A stretch of 34,246 nt of DNA from Octopus sinensis (Eukaryota), in assembly GCF_006345805.1 (NCBI RefSeq), contig NW_021831741.1, positions 1-34,246 of the forward strand. Reading direction: 5' to 3'. The notes below the pieces were generated by a model that saw only the letters and a program-made list of their open reading frames with translations, did not search any database and was not told the DNA's origin. A program made the translations under genes and the position numbers. The first letter of the stretch is position 1. Every line of letters starts with the position of its first letter. Positions 1 through 13,254 of the stretch are shown here, in pieces.

Positions 1-184
1 CAAAACTAGGGTTTAGAAGATTCAGAGATAGCGCACAAGAGACGAGATGGTACAGATATGGAGGAGTATGGGGGATTTAAAATATGTGGATAAAGAAGTG
101 CCAGGAGATCCAAATTTGATGGAAATAAGAAGTTGAACCTGACAAAGGATGACAACAGCTATGGGCGTAGTCAAATTGAATGCA

Positions 185-556
185 ACAATCAAGTCAAAAC
201 TATAAACATAGGGAGAAACACTCAGAAAACTGTGCCTCTTTTAATATTAATATCATCTAAAATCTAACAAGAGTGAGAAAAAGAATGACTATATGGATGG
301 TAAATGTTGTTCAAACAATTTAATAATTGTATATTATATATAGTTACAAACAGGGATTTGTGAGATCAAGTCACACAGGGAACTCATATTTAATTCCTAT
401 CTTTATATTTTATGTCAACACCAATGTTTTGTTTAAATGTAAACAGATGTTCACCGTTCAATACTAAATTTAATATTTAATCAACGTTAATGATCATTAT
501 ACTTATACTCTTAGAGATTTGATTTTTAATCCTTTTAATTTATAACAATGTTATTC
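185..556 (+). repeat. Segmental duplication block A, copy 1 (paralogue ~2980-3341)
   Basis: About 18 mismatches over ~340 bp counted by eye; the last ~90 bp are identical. Confidence 0.95.
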
Positions 557-852
557 AGTGGTTTGTTGCCAGTTCCGCCTGACTGGTTCCATGTACCGGG
601 GGAAAGTAAAATGCACCATCTGAACGTGGTCAATGCCAGCCCCAAGCTCAACTGGCTCCTGTGTCGGTGGCACGTAAAAAGCACCCACCACACTCTCGGA
701 GTGGTTGGCATTAGGAATGGCATACATATATGGAAACCTTGCCAGATCACAGTGGAGCCTGGCGCTGCCTACTGCCTTGCCAGTGAAATCGTCCGACCCA
801 TGCTACTATAAAAACGGACGTTAAACGATGATGATGATGATGGTGATGATGA
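553..852 (+). mobile_element. SINE-like repeat (RTE-tail family) with (GAT)n tail
   Basis: Shares core and tail with 1338-1727 and 12650-13059. Confidence 0.75.
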
Positions 853-1104
853 GTTCCGTGACCAAATGACAAAATTAACTCTATTGTGTCTTCTAATTTG
901 AACATTATTACCAACAGTGCTATCCTCAATGGTTATTCCATAAACTTTCAATAATATCGATATCTTTAATAGAACTATTATACAGTTAATCTTTCAATCG
1001 TAAAATCGGAATGTAACCTGTTTTCAGTTATTCTTTGAAGCACAATATGGCCAGGGGAAGTAAAACTTATAGAAATGAATTGGCAACTGTTATTTTATAC
1101 TCAC

Positions 1105-1161
1105 CAATTTCCTCAGATGCAACCTCTGTTTGTACACACTTGTCTTCAGACTTTGGAGACT
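1105..1161 (-). CDS. Linker micro-exon copy 1 (57 nt, phase 1-1)
   Basis: Acceptor tatttatttcag, donor G|gtgagt; open frame (E)[18 protein letters not shown]. Confidence 0.7.
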
Positions 1162-2275
1162 CTGAAATAAATATTTCCAAGTTTTAGAATTAATAATAGA
1201 ATTTCTTTATCGTTATTTTAAATAAACTCTTTCTTGTTGTGAGACATTCAATTCCTTTGAGTCAAGTAAAACCAAAAACCAGAAATCACAAATCAGAATC
1301 AAAACAAGATCGAAATCAAAATGGAAATTGTAATTATGGCCGATGCCAGTGCCGCCTGACTGACACCTGTGCCGTTGGCACGTAATAATTACCATTCAAG
1401 CGTGGTTTGTTACCAGTTCCGCCTGACTGGTTCCCTGTGCCGGTGGCACATAAAAAGCACCACCCAAACGTGGTCAATGCCAGCTCCCACCTCAACTGGC
1501 TCCTGTGTCGGTGGCACGTACAAAGCACCCACCACACTCTCGGAGTGGTTGGCGTTAGGAATGGCATACATATGTGGAAACCTTGCCAGATCACATTGGA
1601 GACTGGTGGCGCATCCTACTGCCTTGCCAGTGAAATCGTCCGACCCATGCTACTATAAAAACGGACGTTAAAAGATGATGATGATGAGGAGGAGGAGGAG
1701 AAGGAGGAAGAGGAGGAGGAGGAGGAGTTCCGTGACCAAATGACAAAATTAGCTCTATTGTGTCTTCTAATTTGAACATTATTACCAACAGCATTAACCT
1801 GAACGGGTATTTCATAAACTCACAGTAAATCGATATCTTTAATTCAATTATTATACAGATAATCGTTCAATTGGAAAATAGGAATGGAAGCTGTTTTCAG
1901 TTATTCTTTCAAGCACAATATACTCGCGGGAAGAAAACCTTACTGAAATATATTGGGAACTGTTATTTTATACTCACCAATTGCCTGAGATGCAGCCCCT
2001 AATTCCTGACATGTAGCCTCTTTTTTTACACACCTGTCCTCAAACTTTGGAGCCTCTGAAATAAATATTTCCAAGTTTTACATTTAATAATAAACTTTCT
2101 TTATCTTTATTTTTATTAAACTCTATCTTGTTATTGTGAGTCATTCAATTCCTGTCGTTACTGGTCAACTGTTGACCATTATGGTTTTGGTAAATATTTA
2201 TGTACTTTCTACAGTGGTCCCATGTAATAGCTCAATATGTCCACAATAAAATAGACTAACATTCCTAAATCCACC

Positions 2276-2315
<40 letters not shown>

Positions 2316-5300
2316 AAGAACACATTAAATATTCTAACAATGTACCAATTATCTCATTTAATTAACACTTGATAACAGTTTTCTCTTAGCTTTGTCTTTC
2401 TCTTTTTGTAACTGTGCCAAATCTATGGCATGGCACAGGCCTCTCATCACTAGAATTCACTAATCAACATTCCTCTCTAATTAAGTAAAACTGAGGCCAT
2501 AAAGATGTCCTTTATGTGCATACCCTCCACCCCGCACACAATCTGTCCCCTAAAATTCATCTACACAAGCCAAATTCCATACACCCTTTCCCACCAATAT
2601 CCCTAAGAAGATATAAAATTTAAGGTGAGGGTACATGATGTTCCTATGACAAAATAAGTTTACATTTCATACATACAAATGTAAGAGAGTTAATGAATTA
2701 TAGCTTATTAATTATCATGATAATTAGGTATATATGTAATACAATGACACTGTGCTTGACGGTGCAATACTATATATCAATATAGATTGTATATAATCTG
2801 AGTAAAGAACATATCACCTTCACTACAATAAATATGATTGTGTTTCAGCACAGCTAATATTATGGTAGTTCCATGAGCAAACGAAGAAAGATATAACCAA
2901 GTCCACTGCCAAGTACTAATGATTAATTCATTTCCTGGTCAAATAACAATGACTAACTTCCATTAAATAATTTGAACACAACAATCAAGACCAAAGGGTG
3001 AAACACTCAGAAAACTGTGCCTCTTTTAACATTAATATCATCTAAAATCCAACAAGTGTGAGAAAAAGAATGACTATATGGATGGTAAAAGTTGTTCAAA
3101 CAATGTAATAAGTGAATATTATATATAGTTACAATCAAGGATGTGTGTGTTCAAGTCACACAGGGAACTCATATATAATTCATATCTTTATATTTTATGT
3201 CAACACCAATATTTTGTTTAAATGCAAACAGATGTTCACCGTCCAATACTAAATTTAATATTTAATCAACGTTAATGATCATTATACTTATACTCTTAGA
3301 GATTTGATTTTTAATCCTTTTAATTTATAACAAAGTTATTCTGACCTGAGACATTCAGGGTACGTACCTAAACAACATATCATGACAGACATCTGGTTAC
3401 ATAACAACAACAACAATAACCTATCAGAAAACTTAGGCAAGACCTTAGTAGCAAAAGAAACAAAAGCTTTCTCGTTAACTCACCTGTTTACAAATAAACA
3501 ACAAAATGTTTTAGTTCTCTGTCCTAAAAGACATCATTAACTCTATTGTGTCTTCTTATCTATTTTACCAACCACGTTAACCTGGATTTTATGAAATTTG
3601 AGTGGAATATCTAATAGAATCATTTTACACCTAATCTTACAAATAGAAATTAAGAACGGAACTTGTTCTCGATCAGCCTGACAAGCAAAATCACTCAGGC
3701 GAAGATAAATGCTATAGAAATCTATAAAGTACTGTTGTGGAGGCGCAACGGCCCACGGTTGTAGGATCGCGGTTTCGATTCCCAGACCGGACTTTGTGAG
3801 TGTTTATTGAGTGAAAACTCCTAAAGTTCCACAAGTCTCTGGCCGGGGGGTTGTAGCGATCCCTACTGTTCACTTTCTCCACAACATTATCTCACTCTTT
3901 CTTCTGTTGGCCTGCTCGCTTAGCCAGCGGGGTGGCACCACTTGAAGGCGAAGCGCATTGTAACCAGCGATGTGTAGCAACATCTGATAGCCTGGTCGGT
4001 CACAGTGATAACGGTGATAAGGTACTGTTAATTTATAGAAATCTATAAGGTACTTTTAATTTATACTCACTAACTGCCCCTGCCAACATCTTGGCTTCCT
4101 TCTCTTTAAAATTTGGACTCCCTGAGATATGTGTTTTCAAGTTTTATACTTTATAGAAAAATCTTAATAATCTATATTATTGTGAGCCATTCCTATCATA
4201 AATGAACAACCGGTGACCATTATGGTTTTGGAAGACAGATTCAACGGTGTTACCATTTAATAGGTCAATATTTAGGTGCACAACAAAATAACCTTCTAAC
4301 CTTCTTAACTCTTAAATCTCTGATCTTCTTAAATCTCCGCTGCCTATTAAGACATCCTACATAATCTAACAATGACCAACTTGGTTGACATTAGAATGAA
4401 GCAGAAGATAGGAAAATGTTGGTTTGGGAAGTCTAGAGGTGAGAGAACTATGCCATATCATAGATCTGGCACAGATATAAGAAACGAAAGCCAAAACGGA
4501 GAGATTAACAGTGATATCAATGGAAAATTAAATGAGTAGTTGTGTGTTCGAATCTGATATTTCAAAAGCTGAATCGAAGTTCCGGCAGCAGAATTGGGTA
4601 TTATCACCCTTACAAGACAGAACAAAATACCCATCCGATAAAAGTAATTTAATGATCAATATTCTAATACAGAGTTAATATTCAATTTTGTTTTATTTAC
4701 TTTCTAGGGTATATATTTGAAGTTGAGACCTTCATTGTATATACCGCAAGAGATGATATCTCATATCAAGCAATTATTTGAGATCTTTATGTATTTCCGG
4801 AGGACAACTTTATAAAATATCCATGTCGTTTTTTACATGTTGCCAGTATTTACACCTACACAGAACAACCGATTTAACAGTCAAACTTTCTAATGTTGGT
4901 TCTCAAACTCTCAGCTGAGATTTTATGATTAAATATCTTACTTCAGCAAAGCTCGAAATGATGTTCTTGGGAATATCTTTGTCTTTAATCATCATCTTCC
5001 CTAGATACTGATAAATCATTAATCAACTTTGATGACTCACAATCAATTATTAGAAATTGGTGTTTACTGATATAAAAACGGATGTACTGATATTTCAGTG
5101 AGTTACTAGTAATATTGCTGTATCATTCATTAGTCTTATGTTGCAGCATGATTCTTTAGTCTTATGTTGCGGCATGATTGATTAGTCTTGTGCAGGACCC
5201 TCTTGAAATGTGACAAGTCTTCTATTTGGATAAAGACAATGTTTTGTGGATGTAGTGTGAGATACACTATCACAGAGAAATGACACCTGGAACATCTTTC

Positions 5301-6116
5301 AACATTAATCTGCCAGATTATGGCAGATCTGGGTCTACACGACAATTCTGAAGCACATTAAATACCATATATACATATTATATATCATAAAGTCAATGAG
5401 ACAAACAGACAGATTATCAAATAGTTTTCTTACCAAATTCTCTCACACCCCTTATTCGCTGTTGACAAGTGGGGCATGATTCCCACTTAATTCTGACATA
5501 ACAATCACGACATAGGGCTATATGTTCACAGGGCTTGAATTCGGAAGAGGCATACATCACTTGACAATATGTACATCTGTAGAACAAAATAATAAAGATT
5601 ACATTGTGTACCTGTTCAGAGTAGAGAATATTACGAGACATTACAATGAAGAGTAAGACTACATTAGAAAGAGATTTCTTTTAACAATTACATTCAAACA
5701 GATTTGTGTGTGTATGAACAGAGCACACATGCAAATGCATATATATATTTAATTATACACATATTGATAAATATATAATTGACTGTGACACATGTCTAAA
5801 ATCGCAAAAACACAATGGGATACATATATTGAAGAAATATACTTCAATTCTAGCATAGACTCCATTTCTTCTGAATAAACACATGAATGAACACAAGTTC
5901 ATTTGTGTAATTACACTTTCTTATATGTGTATATAACAAATACTTTATTGCATCTAATCTATTTAACAAGCGTTCTGTACTTTGATATTTGATTTCAAAT
6001 TTTATAGATAGGCAGAGAGAACACAATTGCCATGGCTTTCTTTATAGATACACTATGTAACAAAACAAGTCATAGTTCTAAAATAGAACAATGCTTTGAA
6101 AATCATTTTTAATACA

Positions 6117-6152
<36 letters not shown>

Positions 6153-8173
6153 CATAATCTGAGAACACATTATTGTGCAGTAACCATTATATTTCTATCT
6201 GGCATTAATGTAGCAATAACCTCAAGATGGTCCCAGACCAATAGAAGGTACATAATGGTCCTATGATTGAAGGACTGGGGGAAATGGTCCAACTACCGTA
6301 TTGGTCATTTCAGTGCCTGATTCACGTATCTTCTACAAGTTTTGCCAACTAAAATCTGACCATGCATGGGGAAATTTCGGAAATTTGTTCTAAAGAATAT
6401 TAATCTCAAAAATCCTTACAGAACTGCAAAATGAAGGATCATAACAGAATGCCCAGCATACAAACTTGCCCCTAGTGAGAGCTGAATCCAGGCCCATTGA
6501 GAAAGTCACTGAAGCTGACAGACATGATGCTATCTTCATTCGTATGGCTGAAGCTTTCATTGATCTACAACTATTTTCTAACAACTTGTTCACTTTAACT
6601 GTGTTCCTCCAAAATATGTCCCCTACCTCCGTTGATTGGATCAAAACTCAGACTATTTAGATTAAGCCTCCTTCTCAGGTATGTGCATACGGTTTAGCCT
6701 CTGATAATGCTAAATGTGAAAATAAAATTGCATATTGGTTTCGCCCTTATATGAACTCTGAGGATATGTATTGTAGCTCCTTTGTATCAAGACTCTACAC
6801 CAGGTGGAAAACTGATGCGATTTGGTCTGAGGATATTGAACAACGTGCAACACTGTATAAACTTTGATTCAGAATTTAATAATGGCAGACCCTCAGCTTA
6901 CTCAAGAAATAAAGAGACATGCTGTTATTGTGGTTGTAATGGCCGAGCATAGCGATTTAGAAATATCTCAATTTTTACAAGTTGCCAGATCTTTCATCTA
7001 GAAAGTTTGTAAGGAGTTAGAGACTGCAGATGAAAATGTATCACCAGTATCAAAGCATCAAATGCATTCTAAACGCTCTGAAATCATCAGAACACCTGAA
7101 TTTATCCACCAAGTTCAACAGACCATTGATTACAAACCCAGAAATTTCCATGAGTTCAATTGCAAAAGATCTCCATGTGTCCACGAAGACATCAGATATA
7201 TGTCTTATTTGATTGGTCAGAAAAAGCAAAAGAAAATCACTACATCAGACTTAAAAGTATCTTGAACAAACTGTAAAATCCAGCTGAAGAAGATTTGATT
7301 TGGTATTTCTTAAACGTGAAAAACTTCGACCAAGATCAAAGAAGAAATAACAGATGGTTATGTGCAGACCCTTCTGAAGTTCCAAATGTTATGCATGCAA
7401 AGTTTTCTGAAACTGTCATGGTTTTAGGGGTTGTCAGCTATGAAGGACAAGTTATGCCGCCTTACTTCTTTCCATAAGGCCTTAGAGCTAACTCTACCAC
7501 ATACCGTCAGGTCCTGAAAACTATTGTTAAACCCTGAATAGACAGTGTCTGCAATGGAAGGCCTTATGTGTTTCAGTAAGACTCTGCACTATCATACATA
7601 GCTCTAGTAACTAAAGAATAGATGGTCGAAAATTTTCATGATCATATAACCCCTAACATTTGGCCTCCTAATTCATCAGATCTCAATCATTGGACTGTTA
7701 CACATGGAGAGTTGTTGAGAGAAAAGAGACAGAGAGAGAGAGAGAGATCAATGAACACGAACATAACTTAAAATGCTTTGCAAGCTGGCATATTCAGAGT
7801 AATGTTCAAAATGAAACCAGGACCACTTGATTCGAGTATGTAGATAATTTAGATCTCATATAGAAGCAGTTGTTAAAGCTGAAGATGGCGTTATTGAATA
7901 ACATTATAGAAAAGAAGGTTTATTTTTATCGTGAAAGCATTTTTGATAAAGTTATTATCTTTTATTATATATCTGCTTTTTTATAAACATAAATCTGTCC
8001 TCAAATATCTTACACACCATATATATATATATATATATGAATAAATAAATGGAGTTTAACGCAGGTGTAATCAAATATTTTTACTTTCGACACATGTTTC
8101 GAAAATTCCTGGTAACTATTTATTTTTTTTTTCCATGTTAATTGTTAACAAGGTAAAAATACACTCATCTATT

Positions 8174-8226
<53 letters not shown>

Positions 8227-11200
8227 ACTGCTAGTGCGTGTTTGTAGATTATTTTAGGATGAAAGCTTGCATATGATGACTGACCGGGGAACAGAAGAAA
8301 GATATTGCGCAGGCAGATATATCCCAATGCATGGCTAATACTAGTGACAATACAATATATTGCTAGAATTAAAAGTAAACGAATAAATAGACATGATTAT
8401 ATAAAAAAATAGGAAATATACTGGTTTATCTTGTCATTGCCAGGAAATACTTACGCTGGTGGTATAAAGGTTTTTAATTTTTCTTTCAAATTTCCATCCT
8501 TGATGAGGTCCAGTGGTGACATACCCTCCATATTTTTCTGGTAAAAGGTGGCTCCGGATTCGAATAGGTAACTCGCAACAATTATGGAACAGAGCCTATC
8601 TTTCTTGTTCAAAGAGAGTTTCCAGGACCACTACATAGGTTGAAATGTTGTAATATAAATATAAAGATAAGTTCAATAATAAACGAACATAGATAAAGAA
8701 ACAAAATCATAGCTTCATGTCAAGAAGAGGAAATATAATGGAACAAATATCAAAATAATCAAATACAAAACACTGCCTGTTAAAGGCAAGTGGTCATACC
8801 AAACGAAATACTTATGGAAGCATGACAAGCTACATTTTTTGTGTTATATATAAATATAACACAACAACATGACAACAATGTAAGTTATATCAGGAAAGAG
8901 AACAACTACAACATAGGAATTTCTTCAGACATAACAAAATCAATATCACACAGACATATCCAAACATATCAATAATGTTTCCATAATTAATCAATAAACA
9001 TCTTTGGATGATGAAGGTGAAGTAAAGGAAGTAGGAATTAGTGTCACAGTTGAGGCAGCACACCAACACATTGTAGTTATTAAACTGTTCAAACGGTTAG
9101 TCTGATAAACAATTCCAGTATGTCGGGTGGTAGCTGGGTACCGGAGGAGGTCCTTGTCACCAAAGGAGGCATTATTACAATTTACAGATGACCATCAACA
9201 GTCTGAAATAGATTCACACATCTGTAGTGACTTTTATTTATATGGGAAAGAAACAGTTGACAATAAACAGCATCAGATCTACCGATGGATAGATGTTGGT
9301 GTCTTTGTATATGAACATACGTATTTGTACATACAAAACCTAAGTACAAATAAACACAGGAAGGCCCTTGTGTCATTGCACGCCTTCTCTAATGTTCTAA
9401 ATTTCAACAATGTTGTGACATTTCCACAAGATGTCAGAGCATATGAATGGTATAAAAGAAGTATAATAGAGAACTGTTTCAGGACGAATTCCTCATAGAA
9501 TGGACTGGATCTATTTATCACGGTACCAGCACTATAATTGTTATCGTCTATCATGTCTTCTACCCTGTAATATTGTTATTTGGGGATATCTCCTCTCCCC
9601 AATAGGTCACCTCTCCTTCACAGTGTGATGGCTGTGTTTATATTGGACAACGTATGAGACGGGTCACCTTCTCCACCGTTGAGAGGCGATACCTTTGAGG
9701 GTGGAAGAAGATGGAATATCGTTTGTTACATAATACAACTAGTTTTAGCAGGAAAGATTGGATCACGAAATGGTAATGGAGGACGGGGTCGATAGATGTG
9801 TATTGACACGTGACAAGCAGCATCTATGTTTCGCGGCTCTCTCTCTCTCTCTCTCTCTCCCTCTCTCTCTCTCTCTCAAACACACACAAATACACATATA
9901 TTTATTCACAAATAATTTAAAAACTTACCTGATCTAACACGGTCATGTGCTCCACCTCAGAATGAAATTCTTTGGTTGCTAACGCCAGGTGCAGGCAATT
10001 ACTGCCTTCTTTGTCGACAGCATTTACATTCGCACCCCTGGCTATCAGCCTCTGAATTATTCCGAGGTGACCGTCCGAGACAGCTTCAAGCAATGGTGTC
10101 CTATATTTTTTGTTCACAATTTCTAAATTCACCGAATCCTTTGTGGAGGTAAAAATGGAAAAGGAAAATTTACATGAAAATCAGGGTTGATATCAATGTC
10201 ATTACAGTTTTCTACTGGGTACTAGATCAAACTGATCAAATACATTTGATGTTTGTCAGTGAAATAAATCTTCCATAAGGACCTTCTATAACCTGATAAA
10301 TGTGTTTGTTAGAGACATGATAAACATATTAAGATGTCCTACATTTGCCCCTCACAATAGAAAATTGTAGGGCAACAGAACTAGAGTAAACACATGATTA
10401 GCAGATCAAGTCAAGTAAAGAAGAATTATAATTTCTAATGTATACTTTTGATGTTGCTACATTAATAAAGGGTTCATAAAACTGCTGAGCCGGTTAGCGT
10501 CCACATGCATAAAACTAATGCACACACACGCACGCACACATAAAAATCAGTTCACGAGAATATGCATCACAATGACCGTTTCGACCCATCTTGCATCGGT
10601 TGCTTGCGGGTGGGCTACTATACATGTTGTGTTGCATCCTACAGTGCAGATGCATCTCATCGGGTGCCTTGTTTTAATGTAAAGATACCTCACTAAATAT
10701 ATTCAGTTTCACTTGACATGTTGTTGCTAGGAGCTTCTTGGATTACAACATGAGATACAACAGCCTTCTGGCAACAACAACATTCCAAGCGAAACCGAAT
10801 ATATTTACAGAGGTATCTTCTTTAAAGCAAGACACCCGATGACATGCATCTGCACCGGAGGATGTACCACAACCAGTTATACAATATCCTACCTGCAAGG
10901 TACCGATGCAAGATGGATTGAAACAAACGTTGAGATGAATAAAAATTCTCATTAACTCCATTTTCTGCTTCCCTCAGTCATTATAAACTGAACGAACACT
11001 GCAGAATATATGAGGTAGATCCAGTGTCACTTATAGCTCAACTGTGGATAACATGAGGTAACCGAAACAGCGAAAGAGCTTTAAGGGGTATACTACTAAA
11101 TGTATACCCAAATTCCAAATAATTACAAATACATACACACGCACACACACTCACACACACACACACACACATACAGGGAGGATGATGCCTTGCTCGGCAA

Positions 11201-13213
11201 GAATAACAGAGGTATCAAACTATTAGATGAAGCAATGAAAATTACTCAGAGGGTCACAGACCAAATAATTAAGACGGCTGTTAGACCAGAAGAAGTGCAA
11301 TTTTGTTTTGTGCCACAGCGAAGAACCTCTGATGCTATATTCCTGGTAAGGCAGCTGCAGGAGAAGTACCTAGCCGAAGATAAACCCTTGTACTGGGCCT
11401 TTGTTAAACATGGAGAAAGGCTTTGACAGGATCCCTCGATCCCTTATTTGCTGGTCACTGCAAAAGCTAGGGATGGACGAATGGTTGGTGAGAGCGTTAC
11501 AAGCCATGTACAGGGATGCTGTCAGTGAGGTGAGGTTTGGCATCGTGTGTAGCTTATCAATTAGGGTACAAGTAGGGGTTCATCATGGATTAGTCCTCAG
11601 CTCCTTCCTGTTTATCAGAGTCCTCCAGGCAATAACAGAGGGATTTAAGATGAAATGCTTCTAGGAGATCCCCAATGCTGATGACCTTGTTATCATAGCC
11701 GAATAATTTTTAGAACTAGGTAAATTTCAGTAAGGACTAGAATCAAAGGGCCTTAAACTTAATCTAACAAAAGCCAGTCTCAGTAAGTAGGAAAGCGGAC
11801 AAGTCACAAATCCCCTCAGGAAGATGGCACTGTTCGATCTGTAGAAAAAGCGTAGGTAGGAAGTTCATAAGATGTGCCCAGTGTAAGGTATGGACACGTA
11901 AGTGTTGCAGCAATATCAGAGGAAGGTTAACGGGGATAATAGTTTCTCTGTGTGGAAGGTGCACAGGTACAATAAACAGCACAACTGTAGAGAAAATAGA
12001 GCCCATCAATTGCCAGGTAGGTAAGCTACTGGGAGTTGATAGTTTCCGCTATCTTGGTGGCCAAGTCAGGAGTGTGGTTGGTTGTTCCGTGAGTATAGCT
12101 GCAAGAATAAGAATAAGACGTGCAAAGTTCAGAGTGATCTTAACTCTAATGGTAATAAAGAGCATCTCTCTGAGATTGAAAGGCAGACGTTATGATGCCT
12201 ATGTGTAAACAACTACGTTACATGTCAATGAAACATGGGTTGTGACCTCTCTGAGGACTTCCATAGGCTTGAAAGAAATGAAGCCAGTATGCCTCGCTGG
12301 ATGTACAATGTCAGTGTGCATGTACGACAGAGTATGGGGGTCTTGAGAGAAAAGCTGGGCATTGGAGACATCAAATGGGGTGTGCAAAGAGACGTCTGCG
12401 TTGGTATGGTCTTGCGATGCGTATGGACATGGACAGCTGTGTAAAAAGTGCCGATCTCTAACTGTGGAAGGATCCTTTGGAAGAGCGAGACCCAAGAAGA
12501 CTTGCGATGAGTTGATGAAGAATGATCTCTAACCGTTGGGCATCATAGAGGAGATGACAAGTGACCGAGAGCCCTGGTGATATTCTCTGCGGGAGAGGAC
12601 ATGTCAGGCCAAGTGACGATAAGGATGTGGTCGTTTCAGCGTCCTATAAGTGGCACCCGTGCATCATAGCCGTGGCCGTTCACTTCCGGTGCCATGTCAA
12701 TGACACCTGGGTATCGTAGTTGTGGCCATCGATGGTGCCATGAAAATTGGCACCTGGGAATTATCGTCGTTGGTGGTGCCATTTAAATGGTAATCATCCT
12801 TGAATCGTAGTCGTGGCCATTGTCGGTGTCATGCAAGTGGCACCTGTGCCAGTGGCATGTGAAAGCACAAATTACACACCTGGGGTGGTTGGCATTAGGA
12901 AGGACATCGAGCTGTAGAAACCATGCCAAATCAGACAGGAACGTGGGGCAGCTCACCGACTCATAAGCTCCTGTCAAACCATCCGACACATGCCAGTTTG
13001 GAGAGTGGATGTTAAATGATGATAATGATGATGATGATGGTGATGATGATGATGGTGATAACGCACAAATAGAGACATAGACATACACAATTATGAAAAT
13101 AACAATCGAAACTATCATTGTTTAATATATATATATATACATACATGTGTATATTTAGGGCTAAAAACCATATATGCTAGAAGAAGATCTAACCATAAAT
13201 CCATTCATCTCCA

Positions 13214-13254
<41 letters not shown>

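Larger units (their letters stand above)
553..1258 (+). repeat. Duplication block B, copy 1 (SINE + intron + micro-exon)
   Basis: Colinear with 1394-2152 at roughly 85% by eye; a more diverged third copy lacking the SINE lies at ~3538-4385. Confidence 0.93.
3538..4545 (+). repeat. Older third copy of block B, with a SINE insertion and a ~150-bp inversion
   Basis: Shared anchors attaactctattgtgtcttct, tttatactcac and tgaccattatggttttgg; 4385-4545 matches 2345-2490 in reverse complement. Confidence 0.8.

Noticed and set aside
535-1815. Paired 60-100 aa ORFs repeated twice
   Set aside because: They are translations of the duplicated SINE-like repeat, with no splice or domain support.
4942-5000. 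Possible 59-nt exon ([20 protein letters not shown]) with a gtaaga donor
   Set aside because: It is open in phase 1 but exits in phase 0, its acceptor is weak, and the next candidate acceptor (4856) gives an immediate stop; no consistent path was found.
12650-12870. ~40-bp repeated units resembling a CRISPR array
   Set aside because: The units are degenerate tandem copies without unique spacers, lie inside a eukaryotic retroelement tail, and no cas genes are present.
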